Shown: positions 29,208 to 40,666, counted from the stretch's first letter. The stretch: 64,000 nucleotides of DNA from a bacterium (GCA_963674595.2 CAXXFV010000016.1:32001-96000); one strand, 5' to 3'. The notes: generated by a model from the sequence alone, not told the origin. Made by a program: numbers and translations.

Positions 29208-29881
29208 ACGGATGGCAGCAATTTTATGCGATTTTGAGAAAAGACCTGCTGATGGAACTGCGAAGTAAGGATATTATCTCCTCCATGCTGGTTTTTTCCC
29301 TCATTGTTGTGGTGATATTTAATTTTATTTTCGACCCAGGTTCCGGGCAGATGAAAACAATGACGCCGGGAATTTTGTGGGTCGCTATTATTTTTGCCGG
29401 GAATATCGGTCTGGCGCGTTCGTTTGCCCGTGAGCAGGAACAGGGAATGATGCATGGTTTGTTGTTGTGCCCGGTGGACCGAACTATTATTTATCTGGCA
29501 AAAGTTACAGGAAATATTATTTTTATATTACTTGTCCAACTGGTCACATTGCCGGTTATGATTATTTTATTTGACCTGGAACCTGGTGTCGTTTTTGGTC
29601 CGGTGCTGCTGGTGTTGTTTCTGGGGATTTTTGGTTTTGCTTCAGTCGGAACAATTTTTTCCACAATGTCGGCTAATACGAAATCAAAAGAGGTCATGCT
29701 GCCGATATTATTGTTTCCGATTATTGTGCCGATTTTATTGGCTGCAACAAAAAGTACGGCATCTCTGTTGAACGGAAATGGTTTGGCTGACACCATGTCC
29801 TGGATCAAGTTGTTGATTGGTTTTGACCTCATATTTTTTGTTGTTTGTTTTTTGCTTTATGAATATGTTTTGGAAGAGTAA
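29204..29881 (+). CDS. ccmB: Heme exporter membrane subunit CcmB
   Basis: KDL..E.RS, GILW, F.RE...G and LPILLFP motifs. Confidence 0.9.
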   Translation: MNGWQQFYAILRKDLLMELRSKDIISSMLVFSLIVVVIFNFIFDPGSGQMKTMTPGILWVAIIFAGNIGLARSFAREQEQGMMHGLLLCPVDRTIIYLAKVTGNIIFILLVQLVTLPVMIILFDLEPGVVFGPVLLVLFLGIFGFASVGTIFSTMSANTKSKEVMLPILLFPIIVPILLAATKSTASLLNGNGLADTMSWIKLLIGFDLIFFVVCFLLYEYVLEE

Positions 29882-29896
29882 GGGAGCACATGGTTT

Positions 29897-30583
29897 ATGA
29901 AAAAAATTGATCCGATTTATTTGATTTTATCCATCGCCAGTTATCTTGCCGTTGCTGTTGCTCTTTATTTTGCTTTTTTCTATGCACCAACGGAAAGAAC
30001 AATGGGAGATGTTCAGCGTATTTTTTATTTTCATGTTCCTTCTGCCTGGGTTTCTTTTCTGGCTTTTTTTGTGGTATGTGTTGCAAGTATTATATTTCTT
30101 AAAACAGGTAAAGCAAAATGGGACCTATTGGCTGTCAGCTCTGCTGAAATCGGTGTTTTGTTTTTAAGCATTGTTTTAGTAACCGGTCCGTTATGGGCAA
30201 AACCGGTCTGGAATACCTTTTGGACCTGGGACGCGCGGTTAACAACTTCATTTGTATTATATCTGATTTATATCGCTTATTTAATGTTGAGAAATTATGC
30301 TTCCGACAATCAACGGGGAGCGCGGTTTGCCGCTGTTTTTGGGATTATTGGTTTTATCGATGTTCCTATTGTTTATATGTCCATTCGCTGGTGGCGGACA
30401 TTACATCCCAGTCCGGTGATGGGCGGCGAACAGGGCAGTGGCCTGGCACCGCAGATGGTATTGACCTTAATGGTTAGTCTTGCGGCTTTTACGATATTGT
30501 TTGTCACTCTGCTGGTATTCCGATACCATACCGCAGTATTGGACCAGAAAATCAAATACCGGTTACAACAGCAAAATATCTAA
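29897..30583 (+). CDS. ccmC: Heme exporter subunit CcmC
   Basis: YFHVP.AW, WAKPVWNTFWTWDAR (WWD motif) and WWRTLHP. Confidence 0.93.
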   Translation: MKKIDPIYLILSIASYLAVAVALYFAFFYAPTERTMGDVQRIFYFHVPSAWVSFLAFFVVCVASIIFLKTGKAKWDLLAVSSAEIGVLFLSIVLVTGPLWAKPVWNTFWTWDARLTTSFVLYLIYIAYLMLRNYASDNQRGARFAAVFGIIGFIDVPIVYMSIRWWRTLHPSPVMGGEQGSGLAPQMVLTLMVSLAAFTILFVTLLVFRYHTAVLDQKIKYRLQQQNI

Positions 30584-30600
30584 CACGAACGGAGAACAGA

Positions 30601-30726
30601 ATGGATTTAAAATATTTATTTCTCGCTTATCTTTTTATCTGGACAGCGATATTTGTGTTTATGTTACGAATTGCCAAAAAATTAACATTTTTAAAAAGAA
30701 ATGTTGACGTAAAATCGGATGAATAA
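30601..30726 (+). CDS. ccmD: CcmD-family small membrane protein (41 aa, below the ORF-track cutoff)
   Basis: MDLKYLFLAYLFIWTAIFVFMLRIAKKLTFLKRNVDVKSDE, with GGAG RBS, directly after ccmC; AY..IW hydrophobic segment then a basic tail. Confidence 0.75.
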   Translation: MDLKYLFLAYLFIWTAIFVFMLRIAKKLTFLKRNVDVKSDE

Positions 30727-30782
30727 TTTTGATTTTTTATACATGGGGAGTTTTCTGCTGTAAAATCCGGATTTTTCAAATC

Positions 30783-30811
30783 TTGACTCTTAAGCATTAT
30801 TATTGTATATT
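30783..30811 (+). promoter_or_regulatory. sigma70 promoter for the prfB operon
   Basis: TTGACT-17 nt-TATATT. Confidence 0.55.
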
Positions 30812-30864
30812 CTTCATTGTTTTAACTGGAATTAAATTAGATAAAAACAGAATACAGGTTTTTT

Positions 30865-31960
30865 ATGTATGATGAAATTAGAGATACATTAAAAGAATAT
30901 AATCAACGAATCGATTCACTAAGGGGGTTCCTTTGACATTGAAACCAAAGAAAATGAAATAGCCCAGCTTGAACAACAAACCCAGCAACCGGGATTCTGG
31001 GACAATAATGAAAAAGCACAAAATACCATGCGTGAAATCAGTTCCAGGAAAGATTGGGTGGACACCTGGGCTGGTATGAAAAAACAGTGTGATGATCTGT
31101 TTGAACTGCTTACGTTGGCAGAAGAAGAAAATGATGATGATACTGCAAAAGAGATTGAGGTAGATTTAAAAGGGCTTGAAAAAGACATTCTGGACCTCGA
31201 ATTTCGTAAAATGTTGGGAAATCCTGAAGATTCAAAAAGCGCTATTTTAACCATTCATCCCGGTGCCGGTGGTACAGAGTCTCAGGACTGGGCGCAGATG
31301 CTGATGCGTATGTATATTCGCTGGATTGAGCGGAAAAAATTCAAATATGATATTTTAGATATACAATCCGGAGATGAAGCCGGTATTAAAGGTGTGTCTA
31401 TTGAAGTAACCGGTAATTACGCCTATGGCTATTTACAGGCTGAGGCCGGTGTTCACCGTTTGGTGCGGATTTCTCCGTTCGATTTTAACAAACGCCGCCA
31501 CACATCATTTGCTTCTGTGTTTGTTTATCCGGAAATTGACGATGCTATTGACGTGGATGTTGATGAAAAAGACCTTCGTGTTGATACCTATCGGGCCAGC
31601 GGTGCCGGTGGTCAGCATGTTAACAAAACTTCATCAGCGGTAAGGATTACTCATCTTCCTTCGGGTATTGTTGTTCAGTGTCAGAATGAGCGTTCCCAGC
31701 ATCGGAACAGAGAATCGGCAATGAAAATTTTATTTTCACGCTTGTACCAGTTAAAGCTGGAAGAAGAGCGGTCTAAAATGGAACATTTGGAAAGCTCTAA
31801 AAGAGAAATCGGCTGGGGAAGTCAGATTCGGTCTTATGTTTTTCATCCCTATAATATGGTTAAAGACCATCGTACCAATCATGAAACCAGTAATACAACG
31901 GCGGTTATGGATGGTGATCTGGATGAATTTATACAAACCTATTTGATGCAGTATAAATAG
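30865..31960 (+). CDS. prfB: Peptide chain release factor 2 (programmed +1 frameshift)
   Basis: ATG 30865, 23 codons to AGGGGG-TTC-CTT-TGA-C (30922-30937); the +1 frame continues into the RF2 body with SPF and GGQ motifs. Confidence 0.96.
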
Positions 31961-31996
31961 AATGAAAATTTATATAGAATATCACGGAGAAAACCT

Positions 31997-33106
31997 TTGA
32001 GGCCCACTGTTGCTGAAATAGATCTGACAGCCATTGCTAACAATATAAAGGCGATTTGTAGTAAAGTTTCTCCGGCAAAAGTTATGGCAGTTGTAAAAGC
32101 GGATGCCTATGGGCATGGTGCGGTCCAGGTGGCCAAAGTGGCCCTGAAGAATGGCGCTTCTTCATTGGGAGTTTCATGTGTTGAAGAGGGCATTGAACTC
32201 CGAAAAGGCGGGATTACAGAACCTATCCTTATTTTTAGCGGCGTCAGTTTAAATCACGCAGAAATGTATTTACAGAATGATCTTGAAGCCACCCTTTATA
32301 CAAAACAGGATTTACAAAATTTAAAAAAGACGATTCAACGTATTGGTAAAAGGGCAACTGTTCATATAAATATCGATACCGGAATGGGACGGGTCGGTAT
32401 TAACTGGTCTGAAGCTGTTCCTTTTATCGAACAACTGATGTCCGAGGAAAATATAGAAATTAAAGGTTTATACTCTCATTTTGCCACATCAGACCATATG
32501 GATAAAAGTTATGCTTACCTGCAGTTGTCCCGGTTTAAAAATGTTGTTTCAGCGCTGGAAGAAAAAAATATTCACATCCCCTGTAAACACATTGCAAACA
32601 GCGGAGCGGTGCTTGATATCCCTGAAGCCGATTTTGATATGGTGCGACCGGGTATATTGATTTATGGATATTTCCCTTCATTAACGACTTTTGAAAGTAT
32701 TAAAATTGAACCGGCAATGACTTTTAAAACACAGGTGTTATATATTAAAAAACTCGGACGCGGAGAAAGCGTTAGTTATGGTCGTATTTTTATTTCAGAT
32801 AAAGATACGGAAATTGCAACCATGCCGGTTGGTTATGCGGACGGTTATAATAGACTGTTGTCGAACAAGGGAGAGGTTTTAATTAATGGTAAAAAATTTC
32901 CTGTTGTCGGCAGGGTTTGTATGGATTTGATCATGGTTGATCTCGGATTGGACCATGATGTTAAAATAGGGGACGACGTTATATTATTTGGTAAACAGAA
33001 CACGGAAGAGATAACCGTTCGTTCAATTTGTGAAAAATGCAATACGATCCCTTATGAGGTGACCTGTTGGGTATCGGGACGTGTTCCGCGAATTTATAAA
33101 AATTAG
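31997..33106 (+). CDS. alr: Alanine racemase
   Basis: AVVKADAYGHG, DTGMGR, SYG, GYADG and GRVCMD motifs. Confidence 0.96.
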   Translation: MRPTVAEIDLTAIANNIKAICSKVSPAKVMAVVKADAYGHGAVQVAKVALKNGASSLGVSCVEEGIELRKGGITEPILIFSGVSLNHAEMYLQNDLEATLYTKQDLQNLKKTIQRIGKRATVHINIDTGMGRVGINWSEAVPFIEQLMSEENIEIKGLYSHFATSDHMDKSYAYLQLSRFKNVVSALEEKNIHIPCKHIANSGAVLDIPEADFDMVRPGILIYGYFPSLTTFESIKIEPAMTFKTQVLYIKKLGRGESVSYGRIFISDKDTEIATMPVGYADGYNRLLSNKGEVLINGKKFPVVGRVCMDLIMVDLGLDHDVKIGDDVILFGKQNTEEITVRSICEKCNTIPYEVTCWVSGRVPRIYKN

Positions 33107-33115
33107 AGAGGCTGC

Positions 33116-34621
33116 ATGAGTCAGGAAAATAATCAGGATTTTAATGAAGTTATTAAAGTCCGACATGAGAAATTAGCTCAGTTAAAAGAGAATAATGTAA
33201 ATCCATTCAGCTATTCCTTTGAGCGTACCCATTCTGCTGTTGAGATACAAGAGAAATTTGAAGAGTTGGAAGAAAAAGATGTGTCGATTGCCGGAAGAAT
33301 GATGTCTTTGAGACGAATGGGTAAAGCATCTTTTGCGCATATTATGGATGCATCCGGGCGTATTCAGGTCTACATTCGTCAGGACCTGGTTGGCGAGGAT
33401 GCTTATGCTGTTTTTAAACTTGCCGATATCGGCGATTTTATTGGTTTAAAGGGTAAAGTAGTTAAAACCAAAACCGGTGAAATCACTATTATGGCATCAT
33501 ATTTTGAAATGTTGACCAAAAATATGCGGCCGCTGCCGATTGTTAAAGAAAAAGAAGAGGACGGTAAAAAAGTCACTTTTGATGCTTTTTCAGACACGGA
33601 AATGCGTTATCGTCAGCGTTATGTGGACCTGGTTGTTAATCCGGACGTTCGCGAGGTTTTTGTAAAACGGTCAAAAATAATTTCCGCCATGAGAAGCTAT
33701 CTGGATTCCAAAGGATACCTGGAAGTTGAAACACCGGTTTTACAGCCGATTTATGGTGGCGCATCCGCACGGCCTTTTACGACCCACCATAACGCCCTGG
33801 ACATGACTTTATATATGCGTATTGCCGATGAACTTTATCTAAAACGACTTATTGTCGGCGGATACGAAGGCGTTTATGAAATTAGTAAAGATTTTCGTAA
33901 TGAGGGAATTGACCGGACCCATAATCCGGAATTTACCATGATGGAAATCTATATTGCTTATAAAGATTATTATTTTCTGATGGATCTGGTTGAGGATATG
34001 GTCAATCACATTGCAATGAAAGTTTTGGGAACGACCAAAGTATCCTTTCAGGGTACGGAAATAGACCTTAAAGGACCGTGGCCGCGTTTGCCTCTTTTTG
34101 ATGCTTTGCAAAAGTATACCGGCATGGACCTTTCCGAAAAATCCAGAGATGAGCTGATGGCTGCCGCAAAACAATTGCATGTGGAAACAGAGTCCTTTTG
34201 GGACAGTGGAAAGATTCTGGATGAAATTTTCAGCGAAAAAGTTGAACCAAACCTGATCCAGCCTGTATTTATTTGTGATTATCCGGTTGAATTATCACCT
34301 TTGGCAAAAAGACACAGAGACAATCCAAAACTTACGGAAAGATTTGAACCCTATATTGCCGGAAGGGAAATAGGCAATGCATTTTCAGAATTAAACGATC
34401 CCATTGACCAAAGACAACGATTTGAAAAACAGGTTGCCATGCGTGAAGCCGGTGATGATGAAGCCCAAATGCTGGATGAAGATTTTTTACGCGCCCTGGA
34501 ATATGGAATGCCGCCGACAGCCGGTTTGGGAATGGGTGTCGACCGCCTGGTAATGCTTTTGACTAATTCGGCTTCAATTCGTGACGTTATACTTTTCCCA
34601 ACAATGAGACCGGAAAAATAG
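33116..34621 (+). CDS. lysS: Lysine--tRNA ligase (class II)
   Basis: [14 protein letters not shown]...HNPEFT and [15 protein letters not shown] motifs. Confidence 0.97.
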   Translation: MSQENNQDFNEVIKVRHEKLAQLKENNVNPFSYSFERTHSAVEIQEKFEELEEKDVSIAGRMMSLRRMGKASFAHIMDASGRIQVYIRQDLVGEDAYAVFKLADIGDFIGLKGKVVKTKTGEITIMASYFEMLTKNMRPLPIVKEKEEDGKKVTFDAFSDTEMRYRQRYVDLVVNPDVREVFVKRSKIISAMRSYLDSKGYLEVETPVLQPIYGGASARPFTTHHNALDMTLYMRIADELYLKRLIVGGYEGVYEISKDFRNEGIDRTHNPEFTMMEIYIAYKDYYFLMDLVEDMVNHIAMKVLGTTKVSFQGTEIDLKGPWPRLPLFDALQKYTGMDLSEKSRDELMAAAKQLHVETESFWDSGKILDEIFSEKVEPNLIQPVFICDYPVELSPLAKRHRDNPKLTERFEPYIAGREIGNAFSELNDPIDQRQRFEKQVAMREAGDDEAQMLDEDFLRALEYGMPPTAGLGMGVDRLVMLLTNSASIRDVILFPTMRPEK

Positions 34622-34622
34622 A

Positions 34623-35846
34623 ATGTCCTATGAATTACAGATAGCACTTCGGGTATTAAGGTCCAAACAGCGGTCCGGTTTTATTTCATTTATTACCTAT
34701 ATTTCAATTGCCGGTGTGGCTATTGGTGTGGCTGCCCTCATCATAATCGTTGCGGTGATGAATGGTTATGAAACCGAGGTCCAGAACCGTTTGATCAGTA
34801 TTGACGCCCATGTTCGTGTGCGTACTTTTCATGATCGGGGCATTGAAAATTACCAGAATAGTATGAAAGAAGTTTCTTCCATTCCGCATATAAAGGCTAT
34901 TACCCCTTATATCTTTGGTAAAGGACTGATTTTATCCTCAAAAACATCGACCGAAGTTTTAATCAGAGGAATTGAGCCGGAGACTGCCAATTCTGTAATT
35001 GATATCTCCCAGGCCATTATTGACGGTGGTTTTAATTTTAACAATGAAGAGAAATTAAAAGGAGTCTTGGTCGGTCATGTTCTGGCGGGAAAGTTGGCGG
35101 TTACGGTAGGCGACACGATAAAAATTGCCAGCTTAACAGGCGTATCTGAAGTCGGTCCGACGATACCCAATTTAATGGCATTTCAGGTCACGGGAATTGT
35201 AAAAACCGGGCTTTATGAATTTGATAATACCTATGTTTTTCTTTCGGTTTCATCTTCTCAACGTTTGTTTAATATGCCCAACAAGGTTACAGGACTGGAA
35301 CTGAAACTTGATAATGTCAGCTTTTCCGAACAGGTTGCCCAGGCTGTCCGGGACAAAATGGGTTATCCTTACCATGCCCTGACATGGTATGATATGAATG
35401 CTCCCCTGTTTTCATGGTATAAAATGCAAAAAATGGCAGGAATTATCATTCTCGGTTTGATTATAATGGTTGCGGCGTTTAACATTATCAGCACCTTGAT
35501 TATGGTAACCATGGAAAAGAAAAAAGAGATTGGTATTCTCAAAGCATTGGGAGCGCCGTCAAAAAGTATCTGGCGGATTTTTGCCATCGAAGGATTTATC
35601 ATCGGTACTGTAGGCACAATTTTGGGCGCTGCCATCGGCCTTTTATTGTGCTGGGTCCAATATCATTTTCAGGTTATATCTTTACCCCAGGATGTTTATA
35701 TAATCGGCTGGCTTCCTATTGATGTGGACATGGTCGGCCTTGTTCAGGTTTGTGTTGTTGCTATCTTGCTTACTTTTATTGCTGCTCTATACCCGGCTGT
35801 TCTTGCCGCCAAATTAAACCCTGTAGACGCCATTCGTTATGAATGA
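34623..35846 (+). CDS. Lipoprotein-releasing ABC permease (LolC/LolE family)
   Basis: FISFI...GVAALII..AVMNG, EIGILKALG and P..AIRYE motifs. Confidence 0.9.
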   Translation: MSYELQIALRVLRSKQRSGFISFITYISIAGVAIGVAALIIIVAVMNGYETEVQNRLISIDAHVRVRTFHDRGIENYQNSMKEVSSIPHIKAITPYIFGKGLILSSKTSTEVLIRGIEPETANSVIDISQAIIDGGFNFNNEEKLKGVLVGHVLAGKLAVTVGDTIKIASLTGVSEVGPTIPNLMAFQVTGIVKTGLYEFDNTYVFLSVSSSQRLFNMPNKVTGLELKLDNVSFSEQVAQAVRDKMGYPYHALTWYDMNAPLFSWYKMQKMAGIIILGLIIMVAAFNIISTLIMVTMEKKKEIGILKALGAPSKSIWRIFAIEGFIIGTVGTILGAAIGLLLCWVQYHFQVISLPQDVYIIGWLPIDVDMVGLVQVCVVAILLTFIAALYPAVLAAKLNPVDAIRYE

Positions 35847-35864
35847 TTTGGAGAGAATTTAATA

Positions 35865-37100
35865 ATGTCTTTTGAATTTTTTATCGCTTTACGCTATCTC
35901 AAATCAAAACAAAGAACAGGGTTTATTTCTCTCATTACAATTATTTCTCTTGCCGGCATTGCCATTGGCGTTGCCGCCCTCACCATTACCTTATCCATAT
36001 TAAACGGTTTTGAACATGAAGTCAGGATGCGGTTTATAGGTGTTAATGCGCATGTAAAAATAAATGATGTCCATGATAACGGATTTGATGATTATAATGA
36101 CATCATGTCTGATATTAAATCCGTTCCGAATATTGTTGCTATGGCGCCCTATGTTCAGGAACGGGCCCTGATCAAATCTCAGGAAACATCTACAGGAATC
36201 CTTGTACACGGTATTGATCCTGAAAAAAGTGAACAGGTCCTTGATCTGAAAAAGAATATAAATTTTGGTGAAATGAATGTGGGACCCATTCCTGATGACC
36301 AGGGAAAAACACTTCCGGGAATTATTCTGGGATTCAACCTTGCTGACCGGTTGATGGTTACCCTGGGAGATGTGGTAACAATTTACAGTTATTCGGGAAT
36401 TAAAAGAATCAGCCAGCACCCCTATATGAAACAATTTCGTGTGGCCGGCTATTTTGAAACCGGCTTGTTCGAGTTTGATGACAATATGGCCTATATTTCT
36501 TTGTCGCCCGCTCAGGACATTTTTCGCATGGGAGATAAAGTTAGCGGTGTAGAGATCAGGGTTAATGGTTATGAAAAAGCCAGAAAAGTTGCTGAAAATA
36601 TCAGGCCGCTGCTTTCTAAAGAGCGACAGGTTTTGACCTGGTTTGATATGAACCAGAATTTATTTGGCGCGATGGAGCTGGAAAAATGGGCGGCATTTAT
36701 TATTCTCAGTTTGATCATTACGGTTGCCGCATTTAATATTGCATCTACCATGAGTATGGTAACCATGGAAAAAACCAGAGATATTGGTGTTTTAAAATCT
36801 ATGGGGGCCGATTCATCCAGTATTCAAAAAATATTTACCTTTGAAGGTTTGGTGGTTGGAATAGGAGGGACCCTAATCGGGATTTTGGTTGGATTTATAT
36901 TATGCTGGATGCAAGTAAAGTTCAAATTTTTTGCGTTACCTAACGAGTATATAGTTGATTATATGCCGGTTATTATTCAATGGACCGATTTTATATCTGT
37001 TGCAATTGCATCCATTATTATTAGCATTGTTTCTACTGTATATCCGGCTTTTAAAGCAGCAAAATGGGACCCGGTTGAAGCTATTAGACATGAAAAATAA
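35865..37100 (+). CDS. Lipoprotein-releasing ABC permease (LolC/LolE family), second paralog
   Basis: Same motifs as the preceding gene. Confidence 0.9.
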   Translation: MSFEFFIALRYLKSKQRTGFISLITIISLAGIAIGVAALTITLSILNGFEHEVRMRFIGVNAHVKINDVHDNGFDDYNDIMSDIKSVPNIVAMAPYVQERALIKSQETSTGILVHGIDPEKSEQVLDLKKNINFGEMNVGPIPDDQGKTLPGIILGFNLADRLMVTLGDVVTIYSYSGIKRISQHPYMKQFRVAGYFETGLFEFDDNMAYISLSPAQDIFRMGDKVSGVEIRVNGYEKARKVAENIRPLLSKERQVLTWFDMNQNLFGAMELEKWAAFIILSLIITVAAFNIASTMSMVTMEKTRDIGVLKSMGADSSSIQKIFTFEGLVVGIGGTLIGILVGFILCWMQVKFKFFALPNEYIVDYMPVIIQWTDFISVAIASIIISIVSTVYPAFKAAKWDPVEAIRHEK

Positions 37101-37183
37101 AGAGAGTCTGTTTTGCTGAAATCTCTAGTGTTGCAATTTATAAGATCGATGATTATATTTTAAAAATTTTAAATGTGGAAAGC

Positions 37184-37864
37184 ATGAAAATTATTTGTCA
37201 AACTGAAAATCTGGTTAAAAATTATCCCATGGGAAAGGACGATGTTGTTCATGTTCTCCATGGTGTTGATCTTGAGATAAATGAAGGTGAAATAATAGCT
37301 GTTGTAGGTCCTTCCGGTGTTGGAAAAAGTACATTGCTTCACATCCTAGGAGCTCTGGACCGCCCGACTTCCGGCAGCGTTAAAATTGATAATATGGATA
37401 TTTTTTCCTATGATGATGTCAAGTTGGCACGGATAAGAAACCAGACAGTTGGATTTGTTTTTCAATCCCATCATCTGTTACCAGAGTTTTCAGCTTTGGA
37501 AAATGTTATGATGCCGGGATTAATTCGGCGACAGGATGCTAACATCCTGAAACAAAAAAGTTACGATCTTTTAAAGGAAGTAGGCCTGGAGCACCGGGTG
37601 CAGCACAGACCGGCTGAGCTTTCCGGTGGAGAACAACAACGGGTTGCTGTTGCCAGGGCTCTTTTTAATAACCCGAGAATGGTGTTGGCGGATGAACCCA
37701 CCGGTAATTTGGATACGAAAACCGCAGACGCTTTGCACAATCTGTTATGGAAGATAAGCCGCGATCATCGTCAAACACTTGTTATTGTAACTCATAATCA
37801 GGAACTGGCAAAAAAAGCTGATCGCGTTATTGAATTAAACAATGGCCGGATTACAAGTGCTTGA
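37184..37864 (+). CDS. lolD: Lipoprotein-releasing ABC ATPase LolD
   Basis: [27 protein letters not shown] and DEPTGNLD motifs; follows the lolC/E-like genes. Confidence 0.88.
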   Translation: MKIICQTENLVKNYPMGKDDVVHVLHGVDLEINEGEIIAVVGPSGVGKSTLLHILGALDRPTSGSVKIDNMDIFSYDDVKLARIRNQTVGFVFQSHHLLPEFSALENVMMPGLIRRQDANILKQKSYDLLKEVGLEHRVQHRPAELSGGEQQRVAVARALFNNPRMVLADEPTGNLDTKTADALHNLLWKISRDHRQTLVIVTHNQELAKKADRVIELNNGRITSA

Positions 37865-38190
37865 TAAATATGTTTATGGCATAGAATTTGTTAAAGTTAT
37901 AAGTGAACGAGATAGTTCTTTTGATGAAAACGGTGTAACTGATTGAAAATATTAATATTTTGTTTTTATTGAGAAATGCAGCATGAACCATCTTGTCACC
38001 AAAATAGTTCAAATTGTCTTAAAAGATTAAAACTATGACAATTTGGCAATGTCAAATTTTTTTGGAACAATTAGACATTGATCTCTTGTTATAAAAATTG
38101 AAGACAAAAGAATTGTTTTGAAAAATAAAAAGTTTAATGATTTATAAGGTAGAGCAGAATTTATGAATAAATTGCTTCCAGGAGCCTATA

Positions 38191-40644
38191 ATGAAGAATA
38201 ATTTTTCCAGTCGAGTACAAATGGTCATTCAATTCGCCCGTGATGAAGCATTACGATTAGGTCACGACTATATCGGTACGGAGCATTTACTTTTAGGGTT
38301 GATTCGTGAAGGCGAAGGTATTGCAATTGAAATCTTGCACTCTTTGGGATGTGATCTTGATGAAATCAAGGGAGCTGTTGAAGATGCGGGAAGAGCATCC
38401 GGTGATACCATGACAATTGGAAATATACCGTTTACAAAACGAGCAGAGAAAATATTAAAAAGTGCCTATGTAGAGGCCGATCGACACAAATCAGATATTA
38501 TTGGAACAGAGCATTTATTGCTGGCACTTGTTAAAGAAAAAGAAGGGCTTGCCGCTCAAATACTCAAGAGTTTTGGTGTAACGTATGAATCTGTTACAGA
38601 AGAGTTTGAAAGAATTATGCAGGGAAATCCTGCTGCCCAGGCAACGGCAGAAAGCTCCCAGATCAAATCTCAAACACCGGCTCTTGATCACTTTGGTCGT
38701 GAATTAACAGAGATGGCCAAAAAAGGTGAACTTGATCCGATTATTGGCAGAGAATTAGAAATACAAAGAGTTGCCCAAATATTAAGCCGACGGAAAAAGA
38801 ATAATCCGGTATTGATCGGTGAACCGGGTGTTGGTAAAACAGCTATTGCCGAGGGTTTGGCGCTTCGTATCGTTGAGAAAAAGGTACCGAGAATTTTACA
38901 TAATAAACGTGTTGTTACTTTAGATCTTGGCGCACTTGTTGCCGGAACAAAATATCGCGGTCAGTTTGAAGAACGTATGAAAGCCATTATGAATGAACTG
39001 ATCAAATCCAAAGATATTATATTATTCATTGATGAATTACATACAATTGTCGGGGCTGGTGGTGCTTCGGGTTCTTTGGATGCTTCAAACATGTTTAAGC
39101 CGGCACTTTCCAGAGGTGAGTTACAATGTATCGGTGCAACAACCTTGGATGAATATCGTCAGTTTATCGAAAAGGATGGCGCATTGGAACGTCGTTTCCA
39201 AAAAGTTATGGTAGACCAGCCTTCTCTGGATGAAACTTTTGATATCGTTCGCGGCCTTCAAAATCGATACGAGAGTCACCACAGAGTCAAGTTCACGAAA
39301 GAGGCTGTTGATGCTATCGTAACCTTGTCTGACAGATATATTTCAGACCGGTATCAGCCGGATAAATCCATAGATGTTATGGACGAAGCAGGAGCACGTG
39401 TCCATTTGGCAAATATTGTAATTCCTAAAGATATTACAGAGCTTGAAACTGACATTAAAAAAATTCGTGGGGAAAAGGATGCTGTTGTCAGATCACAAAA
39501 TTTTGAAATGGCAGCAACATTACGAGATAAAGAGAAAACACTTATAAAAAAACTTGAAGATAAGAAACAACAGTGGAATGATGAACAGGATGAATCCTTT
39601 GCCACAGCTACTGAAGAAGATGTAGCCGACGTTGTTTCCATGATGACGGGAATACCTGTAAATCGTGTTGCTCAGTCGGAATCCGACAGACTTTTAAAGA
39701 TGAGTGACGAGTTAAAACAACGTGTTGTCGGCCAGGATGAAGTTATTGAAAAACTCAGTAAAGCAATTCGCCGAACAAGGGCCGGATTAAAAGATCCGAA
39801 CCGCCCCATAGGTTCTTTTGTTTTCCTTGGACCGACAGGTGTCGGCAAAACATATCTTGCCAAAGAACTGGCTAAATATCTCTTTAATGATGACGATGCG
39901 CTCATACGTATCGATATGTCTGAATTTATGGAAAAGTTTTCAGTCTCCCGGTTAACAGGAGCGCCTCCCGGATATGTTGGTTATGAAGAAGGTGGTCAGC
40001 TTACTGAAAAGGTAAGAAGACATCCGTATTCTGTTGTATTGTTTGACGAATTGGAAAAAGCACATCCGGATGTTTTTAACCTGTTATTACAGGTGTTGGA
40101 TGAAGGATATGTAACCGATGGTTTGGGACGTAAGGTTGATTTCCGAAATACTGTTCTTATTATGACCAGTAACATAGGTGCCCGTGAAATTACCAAAGGC
40201 GGTGGTTTTGGATTTTCAAAAGCAGACCCGGACTCTGATTATGAAGCAATGCGCAGCCGAATTGTTGATCAGGTGAAAAATGTTTTTAATCCGGAATTTA
40301 TTAACCGTGTTGATGACATTGTCGTTTTTCGTCAGTTAGGTATGCAGGATATGGTTAAAATTATTGACCTTGTTATAGATGACATGCTGCAAAAAGTTAA
40401 AGATAGAAACATAAAAATTGAACTAACGAAAGCTGCCAAAGATTTTCTAACAGAAAACGGATTTGACCCCGTTTATGGTGCGCGACCGTTAAAAAGAATT
40501 ATTCAAAAATTTATCGAAGATCCCATTGCTGAGGAAATTTTGCGGGGAAAATTTGGTGATGGCTCCGTGATTCAGGTCAATAAAAAGGGTGAAGAACTTG
40601 ATTTTATTGAAACGGATCGTGAAGAAACAAAGTGTGATTCTTAA
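38191..40644 (+). CDS. clpC: ATP-dependent Clp protease ATPase ClpC
   Basis: Two Clp-N repeats, two AAA+ modules (GEPGVGKT, GPTGVGKT), UVR motif and GFGF ClpP-binding loop. Confidence 0.93.
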   Translation: MKNNFSSRVQMVIQFARDEALRLGHDYIGTEHLLLGLIREGEGIAIEILHSLGCDLDEIKGAVEDAGRASGDTMTIGNIPFTKRAEKILKSAYVEADRHKSDIIGTEHLLLALVKEKEGLAAQILKSFGVTYESVTEEFERIMQGNPAAQATAESSQIKSQTPALDHFGRELTEMAKKGELDPIIGRELEIQRVAQILSRRKKNNPVLIGEPGVGKTAIAEGLALRIVEKKVPRILHNKRVVTLDLGALVAGTKYRGQFEERMKAIMNELIKSKDIILFIDELHTIVGAGGASGSLDASNMFKPALSRGELQCIGATTLDEYRQFIEKDGALERRFQKVMVDQPSLDETFDIVRGLQNRYESHHRVKFTKEAVDAIVTLSDRYISDRYQPDKSIDVMDEAGARVHLANIVIPKDITELETDIKKIRGEKDAVVRSQNFEMAATLRDKEKTLIKKLEDKKQQWNDEQDESFATATEEDVADVVSMMTGIPVNRVAQSESDRLLKMSDELKQRVVGQDEVIEKLSKAIRRTRAGLKDPNRPIGSFVFLGPTGVGKTYLAKELAKYLFNDDDALIRIDMSEFMEKFSVSRLTGAPPGYVGYEEGGQLTEKVRRHPYSVVLFDELEKAHPDVFNLLLQVLDEGYVTDGLGRKVDFRNTVLIMTSNIGAREITKGGGFGFSKADPDSDYEAMRSRIVDQVKNVFNPEFINRVDDIVVFRQLGMQDMVKIIDLVIDDMLQKVKDRNIKIELTKAAKDFLTENGFDPVYGARPLKRIIQKFIEDPIAEEILRGKFGDGSVIQVNKKGEELDFIETDREETKCDS

Positions 40645-40666
40645 CTACAGTTTTTAATATTAGAAT

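Noticed and set aside
28793-29455. Long antisense/alternate-frame ORFs (e.g. 220 aa opposite ccmAB; others inside gltB, uvrA, lysS)
   Set aside because: They are shadows of well-supported genes and have no motifs or RBS.
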